A stretch of 64,000 bases of DNA from Psammoneis japonica (Eukaryota). Shown piece by piece: positions 13,441 to 25,239 of this stretch; positions within the stretch are counted from its first letter, which is position 1, and each line of letters opens with the position of its first letter. Location: the NCBI GenBank assembly GCA_008632985.1, contig QPGO01000107.1:124001-188000 (forward strand), in the 5' to 3' direction. The translations under genes and the position numbers were made by a program. The notes beneath the pieces were generated by a model. The model saw only the letters and a program-made list of their open reading frames with translations, searched no databases and was not told the origin of the DNA.

Positions 13441-14178
13441 CGGTCAATCCGACTTGCAGAGTCTTTTTACAAGGGGAAGCAATTTTGACCGCTTTTGATC
13501 CAACTCAAATTTTTTTTTACAAGGGGAAGTGATTTTGACCTCTTTTGATCTGACTTGTAAAAATTACAAAAACTTCTTGCAAGGGAAAGTCGATCTGACT
13601 CATGGAATTTTTTTGCAAGTGGAAGTGATTTCGGCCGCTTTCAATCTGACTTAGAATCTTTTTGTGCGACTGCTTTCGATCCAACTCATGGAATCTTTTT
13701 ACAAGTGGAAGTGATTTCGACTGCTTTTGATCTGACTCACAGAATGTTTTTGCAAGTGGAAGTGATTTCGACCACTTTCAATCCGGCCCATGGAATCTTT
13801 TTGTGGGTGGAAGTGATTTCGACCACTTTCGATCCGACTTGTGAAAAACTTCTCATGAGGGAAAGTCAATCCAACTCACAAAAACTTTTTACATTGGGAA
13901 GTGATTTCGACCGCTTTCGATCCAACTCACAGAATCTTTTTGCAGTGGAGAAGTGATTTTGACCACTTTCAATCCGACTTGTAAAAAACATCTTACAGAG
14001 AAAGTTCACCCGACTTGCAAAAACTTTTTGTGGGGGGAATTGATTTTGACTGCTTTCGATCTGACTTGTGGAAACTCAACTTTCGATCTGACTCAGAATC
14101 TTTTCACATGACTGCTTTCAATCTGACTTGCTGAATCTTTTTGCCAGTGGAAGTGATTTTGACCACTTTCAATCCGAC
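13440..14178 (+). repeat. 51-bp tandem satellite, left part
   Basis: Units like GTGGAAGTGATTTCGACCGCTTTCGATCCGACTTGTAGAATCTTTTTGCAA; the array resumes at 25240 after the Copia insertion. Confidence 0.9.
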
Positions 14179-14457
14179 TGACAGAAATTGAATGGCAAAT
14201 GGCAAGAATTCAAACAACAACTCCTTGCTGCTGTCTAAACAGCAGATGAGTCTCCGCTCAGAGACCATCACAGGAGCCAAAAGATGTGCAAGTCAGCACA
14301 ATCAGGCTGCTGTCATTGTTCTTGTGAGCCATGTGGCTCGAAAGCAAACTGCATCGCGCGCGCACGCATGGAGCTAAAGATCACACAAAACTGTGTGCGG
14401 CAAACTAAATGGCACGCGATGTTTTGCGCGCACCTGTGTCCTGTTCAAATCCTGTCA
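14179..14457 (-). repeat. 3' LTR of Copia element 1
   Basis: Direct repeat of 24961-25239 with TG...CA termini. Confidence 0.9.
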
Positions 14458-16542
14458 CTCCCCAGTTTGCTTGAGGAGTCACAGAAACAGATTTGACTTC
14501 AGATGGTTAGATGCCTCCGGAGTGATGTTCCAAAACATGAGGGGATGGAGAAGGTTCCAGATTTGGGAGCAACCCCAATGCTTGCTGAGAATGTCAGCAG
14601 GGGTGCGGAAGCCTTCGATGAAGTGGAGCTCAAGGTGACCAGAGGCAATTGCCTCATGCACACGATGGAACAAGAGAGCAGTGTGTTGCTTGTGTGACTT
14701 TGAGTGCGGGATGGTGGCACTGTCCACAACTGACTTGTTGTCACCGAACATGCAACTGATGTCACGGATCGGGACGCCGAGGTGACGCAGGGTGATGCGC
14801 AGGTTGACAATCTGCTTGACACAAGTCCTTGCGGCAACAAATTAAGACCCACAGGTCACAGTCTCTATGGTGGCTTGCTTCTTGGAGAACCAATCAGCCG
14901 GAATTTGTTGAGGAAGTGGAGCATTCCCATGACAGAGCGTCCGGTGAGCATGCAATGACACAAGTTTGCATCAACGCAGTGGGTGGCAGTGACAAACTTG
15001 CCAAGGGGTGGTGGAGCATCTTTCGGGATCATCTCCTCTGCTTCACCACACACGGAGTGCATCCATTCACAGGCCAGTGCAGGGAGATCCAAACAGTTGG
15101 GCTCTTCCGTGCAAACGCGGAGAGTGCCGTGTCGCATCTTGGAGAGGCATCCACAGACGCATTTGGCACAATCCAAGTGGCCTTGGCGGGGTGCAGCTCA
15201 GAAGCTAGAGAGTGACATGATGGCTGTGGTGATGTCAATTCGACCAAGAAGAGACACTGCCCATTGGAGGGAACCAACAAGAGCTGGAGCTGTTGAATGC
15301 CATCGGGCCCCAGCAGTTCGGAAGCATCCAGTTCGGGGTGGTCACCCTTCTCCAGAGGGGACAGGACATTGGTGGCAGGTTTCTCCCCAAACAGTTGTGT
15401 GCAGCTGTCAACCATGCGTTTGATGTGCTTGCGCGGCGACAGACACAAGGTGCCATCAGGATCCCGGGAGAAGTCGCAGCCTGGATGGAACTCAATCGGT
15501 CCCGTGCTGCCCTTGAGCTTGAACTTGCACTTTTCCATGAGAGTGTCAACGAAAGGTTGAGGATCCTTCATTGCAATGGCGAGGTCATCCACACAAATGG
15601 CAACATGTTCACAGTGGTCGCCATTCTTGCGCGTCCAAATGTTGGGCTCGGCACGGCAGGGGAAGAAACCTTCAGCTTGCAGGCAGTTGGCAAAGCGCTC
15701 ATGCCAGCAGAGGCCGGAGCTGCGCAGTCCATGCAGGGCCTTGTAGATGACAAGAATGTGGCCTTCGAGTTTGCCAAATTCGGGTCCAGCCACAATGCAC
15801 AGCTTCTCCTTGGTGGTGGCTTCAAGGCAGGCATTGCCAATGTTGGTGGCCCATGTCTCCAACTCATTGATTTTGGCCAGGAAAGTCATCAGCCGAAGGC
15901 CACAAAGGGACACTGCTCCAGAGCAGACACTGTCGATGGGCGCCGCATGTCCGTGAGGTGTCCATCAGCTGCGAGTCATGCCTTGTGGCGGCCGTCGTGT
16001 TTCACATTGTACACTGGGTGCACTCGGATCTTCTTGTGTCCCGCAGGAGGAGTGGAAGACTTGGAGGGCCCACAGTCATGAAAGACCTCGTGTTCATTGA
16101 GTTGGCCCATCTTGAGATTGGCTGCGTCTCCCCATTTGCGGTTGCCGTTGCGTTCGTCTGGGGACATGGCGTGTTTGCAGTTCTGGGGGACTTTGCATCC
16201 ACACTTGTGGTGAGGTGCAGTGCAAAAGGAGCAAAGCTTGGCTTGGTTGGCCATGCGGAATGGCTCGCTTCCAGCCATCAGTGTCGAGAAGTCTGTTCTC
16301 TCGTGCACAGATGGTGCAGGTGACAGGGTTGTCCTTGGCGATGATGGCAAGAGGCTTGGACGTGATCTCTCCACTTTCCCATTCAAGCATGATGTTGCAG
16401 CTTGAGCCTTTCCAGGTTGGGTCATGAGGTTTCAGAGGTCCTTTGTGTGGCACAATGCGTCAAAATTTCCAAACAGCAGTGTCTTTGTCTTCTTGCTCAA
16501 TGTGATTCATGATGTCGTTGTGGGCCAGGACTTCCTCGCATT

Positions 16543-16943
16543 TGACGCATTCCAGATGCAGGTGGGAATCCGTGTGACATGGGCCCGTGGAATTCTGCGT
16601 GCGAGCTCCGCAGCAAAATTGTGAGGCAATTGATGATTGATGTGTCAATGATTGCCAACAGAAAATGAGGCAATTTTGCGAACACACAAACTCACCCATG
16701 ATTGAAGCACATCATTTTTTGCTCAGCGCAGTGCATTCTTCAGACGTTGAAGAATGCACCAGGCGTGTTGATGTTCCCACAATTTTGCTGAATGAAACGT
16801 TTTGGGTTTTGCAAAATGGCGAGTCTGGAACATTTTTTTGGAAGATCACACGCAGAAATGCACGTGCGAAACATGCAAGGGATGAAAAAAACAATCATGT
16901 CACACGTCAGTGCTGCGAGCTCCCACCCAGGGCTGGAACGCGT
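16543..16943. mobile_element. ~400-bp MITE, copy 1
   Basis: Imperfect TIRs ...GCRTTCCAG.....GGTGGGA. It interrupts the pol frame (NNDE|CEEVL) with an apparent CATT duplication. Homologous to 19259-19655. Confidence 0.75.
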
Positions 16944-17043
16944 CATTCGTCATTGTTGACAGAGCAGACGAACTTGGTGAGCTCGGGGTTGCCGTTCACT
17001 TTCCAGTCGTGATCTTCGACGGCCTTGACGATGCGAGCTCTGT

Positions 17044-17490
17044 TGCAATGTACAGCCACTGACAAGAGCCAATGTATCACGGCGACGTGTTGCAGCCTTT
17101 AAATGTCACAAAGGGCATGACAAAAATGACCTTTTGTCTGCATGCATGCTGCATTGTGAATTCACAGCGGAGTGGTTCATCGCAACCATTGGGCAGGAGG
17201 CCAGGGGTTCGAAACCCTGAGTGGGAGTTGTCTGCAGCAACGTTGATCACTGTCGAACGCGCAAAACTCTGTGCAGTTCTGTGTGTTCCTTCGCACGCAC
17301 CCACACTGTTCCGCCAAAAACGTGCAGTGTCAGTGCACATCAGTAAAGAGCCGCATGGACGCGTGACACATGGGGAGGAGTGCAACACACAGCTGCTGAC
17401 AAGAGTCAATGTATCGCGGCGACGTGTTGCAGCCTTTAAATGTCACAAAGGGCGTGACAAAAATGACCTTTTGTCTGCATGCATGCTGCG
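17044..17490 (+). mobile_element. TRIM (miniature LTR retroelement)
   Basis: 110-bp direct repeats at 17044-17153 and 17381-17490, TSD CTGT, PPT GGGGAGGAG at 17372-17380. Removing it restores Copia pol QEDGQRHRARIV. Confidence 0.88.
17165..17220 (+). promoter_or_regulatory. tRNA-derived Pol III A-box/B-box inside the TRIM
   Basis: CAGCGGAGTGG (A-box if CA derives from TA), D-stem GCGG/TCGC, B-box GGTTCGAAACC at 17206-17216. Confidence 0.55.
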
Positions 17491-19258
17491 CTGTGGCGCT
17501 GGCCATCCTCTTGTGGCTGCATGAGGAAGGTGCGCCCAATGATGTCTTGTGGGTCAAAAACTGGCATCTTGGGTGTCCTGATCTCCCCATCAGGTGAATC
17601 GACGGGGTTGTCATCATGGCAAGATTTGATGATGGGTTCAGGTGGCTCCCCATCAGGAGGGTCAAGACGCAGGTTTCGAGCGGAAGGATCGGTGGTGGTG
17701 GGTTGCACACCAGACCAACAGAGGATCTTCTGAGTGTCATCAGAAAGAACCTCAAAGGCCATCTGGTGGCCAACATGTTCGGCAATGCCAACAAAGCGTC
17801 AGCGCAACTCACGGGATTCGGAGGGCCAATCGGAGTCATCCAGGTGGAAGCACACGGGTTCCCGCCAGTGAAAGCAAAGCAATGGGCTGATGTCCTGGGT
17901 GGAGCCAGTGAGAGTCTCAAGGGGTGCATGCCAGTGGAGACGTGGGGACACTGTGTGGTTGAGCACAAAGCAAATGCACATGAGCGCCAGCAGCCACATG
18001 TGGGCAGGCCAACCGAAACGATCCATGATGGTGTTTGCCACACACTTCACGGTCTGGTGTCCGCGTTTGGCAAAGTTTTGGTGTTGCTGGTGAGGCTTGC
18101 TTTGCCAGCTGGAGATGAAGAGGGCTCGGAGAATCCCAAGCACCTTGTTGCTGATCTCAACTTGAGCATGGTCGCTGATGAGTTTGGGTGGAGCACCGCG
18201 CTCACAGATCTGATCCTCGAGTGTGTTGACAAACTCTTTGTCAGTTTTGGTGCTGCAGACGTCAGTGACGGCAGACTGGGCACCAACAAACAGTTGGGCG
18301 CTGGTGCAGCCAGAGTCGATGGCTGGGGTGTCAGCATGCACGGTGTCAGTGGCAACAGGCTTGTTGCGGCGGTGCACATTGAGGGCGGGGTTGGGCGATT
18401 TGTGGGCCTTCTTAAGGTGCACACCGGCGGGCATGCGGGCGCACTGCGCAGTGCAGTCGAAAGTGCAACTAACCGTGTCGGCAGGTTGGAAACCAAAGTG
18501 GGGCTGAAGGGACTTGTGGGGGGGTCCTTGGGCTGCACGTTGTGCTCTGGAGGCGGAACATCACAGTCCTTGGGGTCAATTGCACGTGTGCGACACTCAC
18601 AGAACACGTCCTCATTCAGAATGAGGTGGTCATCGAGTGTGGATGCATGATCGTCAGACAGGGAGGCAGACATGACGGCCTTGTTGACAATGACACGATG
18701 ACAGCAGTTGCCGCACTCGTCAAACAGGTTGGCAGTGGGGTCGTCCTGCAGGTCAGAGATCGTGTCGCACCACTGGCTGTCGTCAGTGATGGAGTGATTG
18801 AGGACAGAAGGGTCCCATGTGTCATCACCGGTGAGGATGACATGAGGGAGGGTGTCCCATTCGTCGTCAGTGTGGGGTCGCATGGCAACATGAGGCAAGC
18901 CGCCCTTGATGTCATTTGGGATGACACAGCCATCAGGGGTTGCGATGTGCTGCAAGCTGTCAGGCACCTTGACAGAGCGATCATTGACGTTGTGTTTGTG
19001 CCATTCGAGCTTGCCACAGGAGTGAATGGTCTTGCCCTTTCCCGTGCATGCGCACTGATGGAGGATGGCGATGACGGGACCACGCTGTGTGTCAATGACT
19101 GCACCAGCGGTGACAGTGGGGATGTCAACCAATTGATGGTCGTCAACACCCTGAACGTCAACTTGGTGAGAGGTGCGTGCAATGACATGAACATTGTCGC
19201 CAGCAATGCCACCGTTGGCTCCACAATCGACTGGAGCACCAGCGTGTGTGGAGTGATG

Positions 19259-19655
19259 GGCGGGTTCCAGTCCCAGTTGGGACTCCGTGTGACATTGGGC
19301 CCGTAGAATTCTGCGTGCGAGCTCCGCAGTGAATTTGTTTGGCAATGAAAATGTGAATGATCGCCAAAAGAAAAAGAGGCAATTTTACAAACACATCTCC
19401 TCTTCCACACTTGCAGCACATCATCAATGGTTTGCCCGGGTGTGTTCTTCAGACATTAAAGAACACACCCAGAGTGTTTTCACTCACACAAATGTTGAAA
19501 ATAGAAAGCCTTTGGCTTCGCAAAATGGGGAGCATGAAACAATTTCGTAGAATGTCACACGTAGAAATCTGCACGCGCGACATGCCATGCGATCCAAAAA
19601 ACTCTTGATGTCACAGCACAGCAGTGCGAGGTCCCACCTGGAGCTGGAACGCATT
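19259..19655. mobile_element. ~400-bp MITE, copy 2
   Basis: Same TIR-like ends and the same internal GGGCCCGTRGAATTCTGCGTGCGAGCTCCGCAG as copy 1. GATG duplication; inserted at the gag/protease junction. Confidence 0.75.
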
Positions 19656-20630
19656 GATGAGCGGAGGCAGAGCAAATGACATTGTGGTTGTTGACTCGGC
19701 GGCAAGTGCGGCCGTTAAGTTCCATGTCATCCGGAGGAGCAGGCGAGGCAGAGGGAGCGGCAGATGGGCCCGGTCAACTGGCTTTGGGGGCTTGGTCAGG
19801 AGACAACAGGCATTGCAGATCACCGGGTGGCAGTGGCCTGCGCTTGGTGAGGTGCGCCAGAATGGATTGTCTGAAGTGGCATCCTCATTCGGAGCGGGAT
19901 CACCAGAGTCAGCAAGAGTCGTGGCGGACAAGTTGACATCACCGTCTCTCCCAAGTCGTTGGTCGTGAAGGTTGACCACGACGGACTCGTGGCAGTTGCC
20001 GGCTCGTGGGTTGCGAGGAGGCGGACGAGAATGCTCAAGGATGATCGCCTTGGAGGAATGGGGCAACGAATCCCAGTTCCGTTGGTGGTCGGGAGGGAGA
20101 CGTTTCCATTGGTCGCCGGTGAGGCTGGGACCACGGGTGTGGGCAGCGTTGGCCTGAAGGATGTCAATGTCACTGTCAATGTCATGGAACACATCATCGG
20201 ATGGTTTGTTGGAGCAGACGCCGTGTGCGCATGTGGCACAGCGGGGAGCTTGAGGTGTTGTCTTGGGTTGAAACGTGCTGTCGCACTGAGCCGCCGCTGA
20301 GAGGAGCAAGCCACAACATTGATCGCATGCGAGGCTCTTGCCACTCTGCGTGCAATGTTGATCAGCTTGGTTCTTGACGGTGCAAGTTCTTCAACAGGAT
20401 GTGCAGCATTCTCGAGCATGACACGCTTCTGCACTTCAGAGAAGTGGTCGCTGGCCAGGATGAGGGCCTCGCACTTGCGCAGCTGATCCTGCCAATGAAG
20501 GATGAACCCATGGGTCGGACCTTTCCAAACACCATCACCAAGGCGTGCTGTGGTGAGGCACGTGAGCAAGGTGGAGGACTCGACAGATGCGCGGGTGGAC
20601 GCAAGCGCGCACTTGGACAAGGCACGGCAG

Positions 20631-21658
20631 GGACACACGGCATTTTGTCGCCAATTGCGACACCCCCATAAATGAATTGGACGATTTGTCGTGAAAAACG
20701 CCCTTTGAGACAAATTTCAACCGTTGGCAATAAACAAGACAAAATCATCATTTAATTGGCGATGGCATGTCCCAAACACAAACGTCATGTCAACCAGAGT
20801 GCCACATGATGAATTTTCGGCGAAGACTGCACTTGTCAATTAATGTTTTGGCGATTTTGTCGTGCGCACGACAAATTTTGTCGGATGCGACAAATTTTGT
20901 CGGATACGACAAATTTTGTCGGACGTACGAAAAATTTTGTCGGACGTACGACAAATTTTGTCGCATCCGACAAACCCCGACAAACCCCGACAAACCCCGA
21001 CAAGCCCCGACAAACCCCGACAACGTATGACAAACGCCGACAAGAGCCGACAAACGCTTTGCGACATGCCGATGACGCAACGCTCCCCAACATTCAGAAG
21101 TGCCCAGTCGCACTGACAAAAGGTGCAGTGCAGCAATGCATGCCGGCACATTCCGTTGCACTGTGTAGAAGCGCACGATGTTGTCCCGGCATTGACGAGA
21201 GCATGGAGACCGCCGAGAGCGGCATGATCGTCGCTTTGCATCATCGTGCAAAAGAGACACACTGGCAGTGTCAACGGAGACGTCAGCGGTTGGCGTGTGC
21301 GGGGGGCGTGGGTGTTTCATTCGTGAGTCGTTGTGTCGTGTCGTGTCGTGTCTTGTCGTGTCGTGTCTTGTCGTGTCGTGTCGTGTCATGTCGTGTCGCA
21401 CGCCGACAAAATTTGTCGAATTTTCGTCGATGACATCGATCGCCAAATTCTGTTAATTGCCCCACTTGTTGAAGCGACATCGCCAAAGTTCAGGTTGGTC
21501 ACAAACAATGACATTAATCATTTTGTAACTTAGTCAAACAATGTTTCTGTCCCGTTTATCGCCAACCCGGACATTTTGTCGCAATTCGCGTCTTTTCGCG
21601 ACAAATCATCAATTCATTTAAGAAAATGTCGCCAAATGCGACAAAATGCCGTGTGTCC
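20631..21658. mobile_element. Non-autonomous TIR element (PIF/Harbinger-like by 3-bp TSD and GG..CC ends)
   Basis: Perfect TIR GGACACACGGCATTTTGTCGC, TSD CAG (20628-20630 / 21659-21661). Excision restores gag DAQRVCRALSK. Confidence 0.85.
20860..21420. repeat. Internal short-repeat cluster: near-palindromic GACAAATTTTGTC units, (CAAACCCCGA)n, (GTGTC)n
   Basis: Directly visible tandem units at ~20870-20965, 20968-21022 and 21333-21398. Confidence 0.9.
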
Positions 21659-24230
21659 CAGACCCTCTGGGCATCAGAAGACCCCACATTTTTGCAAATG
21701 AGAGCCTTGCCCTTGTTGGTGAGAAGAATGCATTTGAAGACTGCGAACATGTGCTTTTGCTGTTCAGCAGAGAGCAGTTTGTCTTTGGGGCTGGTCGGTC
21801 TGTGTGTTGAGTCTAGAATGCACTCGACGTCTTGGGCATGGGCTTGCGCTGCAAGTGAGGTGTGCCAAGTGTGCCACTGCTTGTCGGACTTGAGAGCCAT
21901 GAAAGCAGTGGGGTCATGCTTGATGCCTCGCTTGAAGTCTCACACTGGGTCGCGTGCCTTGGTCGGGTTGGTGACATGCAGAGGTGCAAGAGGTGAGCTG
22001 CCGATGGACACAGAAGACATGCAGTCGGGGCTGAGGCGGCAGGCAAGGAACTCATCATGCGTGAACAACGAGGAGTCATTGGCAACGTCAAGACCTTCAT
22101 GTGCTTTGACAATGTGCAGACTAATTAGAGCTGCCAACATGTTCTTGTGACCGCGGGGCAAAGGGATCACATCATTGCCATTGTCGTGCTCAAGCGAGTC
22201 GATTTGGGATGGTGTGAACGTGAGCAGTTCTTGGTGCGAGTCCGTGCCGTCTTGGGTCAAAGCCAAACGAAGAGGGCTCCCAGCACCTTGGGCAAGCACG
22301 GTTCCAACACTGTGCTCGAAACCATCGGTTTGTTGCTGACGAGTGAGAACCATGGCAGACAAAAGTGGTGTCAGGACAAGCAATTCTTGTTGGGAAGCGA
22401 AGGCAGACTTGAAACTTGGGTGAGAACAGACTTGACTTGAAACAGACTTGACTTGAAATCTTGAACTGCCTTAAAATCAGAAGTCGCCGGGCTGTGCTGT
22501 CCCATTCATTGTCAAGTGCTGAGCTTCCTGTCCGGTCCGTAGAGTTGTGCCGGCACGTCCGAACCTGCAGCTGGCGGCACTTTGGGTTGCTTGTGAGCGG
22601 AGCAGCGGGTTGTGAACCCCTGCAGGCAAGCTGACTGGAGGTGGACAAGACCCCCGAACCGTTCTCATTTTATGTCGGTTGGATTTCCCGATCAGGCTGG
22701 CCAGTTGATGCAGGTGTCAGGCGCTGTGGACGAACGAACAAATGCGGGAAAACACCCTCGCCCCAATGCAGGCTGCAATCACGGCTGCTTGCTCTCACAG
22801 TCGTCCTCATGGACCTGGCAGAACTGCAGAGCACCAGCAGTCTGGGGTGGATCAGGTGCAATGGTCACAAACAATGACATTGATCATTTTGTAACTCAGT
22901 CAAACAATGTTTCTGTCCCGTTCATCGCCAACCCGGACATTTTGTCGCAATTCGCGTCTTTTCGCGACAAATCATCAATTCATTTGAGAAAATGTCGCCA
23001 AATGCGACAAAATGCCGTGTGTCCCAGACCCTCTGGGCATCAGAAGACCCCACATTTTCACAAATGAGAGCCTTGCCCTTGTTGGTGAGAAGAATGCATT
23101 TGAAGACTGCGAACATGTGCTTTTGCTGTTCAGCAGAGAGCAGTTTGTCTTTGGGGCTGGTCGGTCTGTGTGTTGAGTCTAGAATGCACTCGACATCTTG
23201 GGCATGGGCTTGCACTGCAAGTGAGGTGTGCCAAGTGTGCCACTGCTTGTCGGACTTGAGAGCCATGAAAGCAGTGGGGTCATGCTTGATGCCTCGCTTG
23301 AAGTCTCACACTGGGTCGCGTGCCTTGGTCGGGTTGGTGACATGCAGAGGTGCAAGAGGTGAGCTGCCGATGGACACAGAAGACATGCAGTCGGGGCTGA
23401 GGCGGCAGGCAAGGAACTCATCATGCGTGAACAACGAAGAGTCATTGGCAACATCAAAAGGCCCCCGTGTGCTTTGACAATGCACAGACTGACCAGAGCT
23501 GCTAACATGTTCTCACAACCTCAGGGCAATGGGACCACATTGGCGCCATTGTCGTGCTCAAGCTGGTTGATTTGGGAAGGCATGAACGTGAACAGTTCTT
23601 GGCACGAGTCCGTGTTGTCGTGGGTCAAAGCCAAATGAAGAGGACTTCCAGCACCTTGGGCAAGCACGGTTCCAACAATGTGTTCAAAACCATCGGTTTG
23701 TTGCTGATGAGTGAGAACCATGGTGGACAAAAGCGGTGTCAGGGCAAGCGATTCTTGTTGGGATGCAGAGGCAGACTTGAAACTTGGGTTGGAATGGACT
23801 TGACTTGAAACAGACTTGACTTGAAATCTTGAACTGTCTTAAAATCAGAAGTTGCCGGATTGTGCCATCCCTTTCGTTGTTGAGTGCCAAACTTCCCATC
23901 CGGTCCACAGTGGAGTTGTGCCGGCACGTCCGAACCCACAGCCAGTGGCACTTTGGGTTGCTTGCGAGTGGAGAGCAGCGGGTTGTAAACCCCTGCAGAA
24001 GAGCTGTCTGGAGGTGGACAAGACCCCCGAACTGTTCTTGTTTTGTGTCGGTTGGATTTCCCGATCAGGCTGGCCAGTTGACACAGGCGTCAGGCACTGT
24101 GGACAAATGAACAAACATGGGAAAAACACCCTCGCCCCAACGCAGGCTGCAATCATGGCTGCTTGCTCTCACAGTCGTCCTCGTGGACCTGGCAGAACTG
24201 CAGAGCACCAGTGATCTGCAGATCAGGTGC
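21496..24230. repeat. Tandem duplication (~1366-bp period) of the MITE end plus 5' gag/UTR
   Basis: 21496-22860 aligns with 22862-24230. Confidence 0.9.
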
Positions 24231-24960
24231 AACAGACTCGGTGTGCTTGTGGAGTGGTGGCACAGCCGGAGTCCAAAGAGTGGGTTCAAGTTCCAACAGG
24301 AATCTTTTGAAAATGACCCGTGATGCACAACCCACAAACCAATTGAGGACACATGTGGAATCTGCACTTTTTTGTGCTGAAACTGTTGTGTTCACACAAT
24401 TTGTGCAAAAATGGACTTGACTGTCATCGGGTCAGGTGCATTTTTGCAAATGTGTTGAAGAAAAATGCGCCTGATCAGAAAACAGTCAAATCCATTTTTC
24501 GCAAAGTTAAAATTCACTGAGGACAGACAGACAGACTTGTCTTGGTGCTGTCCCACACAGTTTCCATGCAATGACTGTGCAGCGCGAAAGATTGCCATTG
24601 TGGCCGTGAAGACACACATGCAACAAGCGACGTAGATCCTTGAACATGCAGGGTTCTTGACCGTCAACCGTTGAGTGGGTGTGTGAAGCGATGAGGATCA
24701 AGAACAGACTTGAATGTGACCGTTGAATGCATGTCTGCAGCGATGAAAAATGTGGCACAATCAATCCAGATGTCCAGCGGCAAGGAGACTTGATGGTGAC
24801 ATTAAATTCCTGCCGATGCTTGGCATTGAATGCGCACAGACTTGCCGATGCACGTAGAATGCATGCGGAGGTCCGCGCAGAATTGAAGCAGCGTCGTCGG
24901 CAAATCAACGATGACGACGGCGGTTGCTCAATGGGTTGACAATGAGCAAGACTGTCAATC

Positions 24961-25239
24961 TGACAGAAATTGAATGGCAAATGGCAAGAATTCAAACAAT
25001 GACTCCTTGCTGCTGTCTAAACAGCAGATGAGTCTCCGCTCAGAGACCGTCACAGGAGCCGAAAGACGTGTGAGTCGGTGCAGTCGGGCTGCTGTCATTG
25101 TTCTTGTGAGCCATGTGGCTCGAAAGCAAACTGCATTGCGCGCGCACGTGCGGAACCAAAGAGCACACAAAACTGTGTGCGGCAAACTAAATGGCGCGCG
25201 ATGTTTCGCGTGCACCTGAATCCTGTTCAAATCCTGTCA
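24961..25239 (-). repeat. 5' LTR of Copia element 1
   Basis: Direct repeat of 14179-14457. Confidence 0.9.

Larger units (their letters stand above)
14179..25239 (-). mobile_element. Full-length degenerate Ty1/Copia (CoDi-like) LTR retrotransposon with nested insertions
   Basis: 279-bp LTRs TGACAG...CTGTCA at 14179-14457 and 24961-25239. TSD CCGAC (14174-14178) / CTGAC (25240-25244). Purine tract next to the 3' LTR. gag (LLTCLTTARLGDG), protease (VDCGANGG), integrase (LISDHAQ, PHQQHQN), RT (ALHGLRSSG, CVDD) and RNase H (FGDNKSVV, PADILSKHW) in Copia order. Confidence 0.93.
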
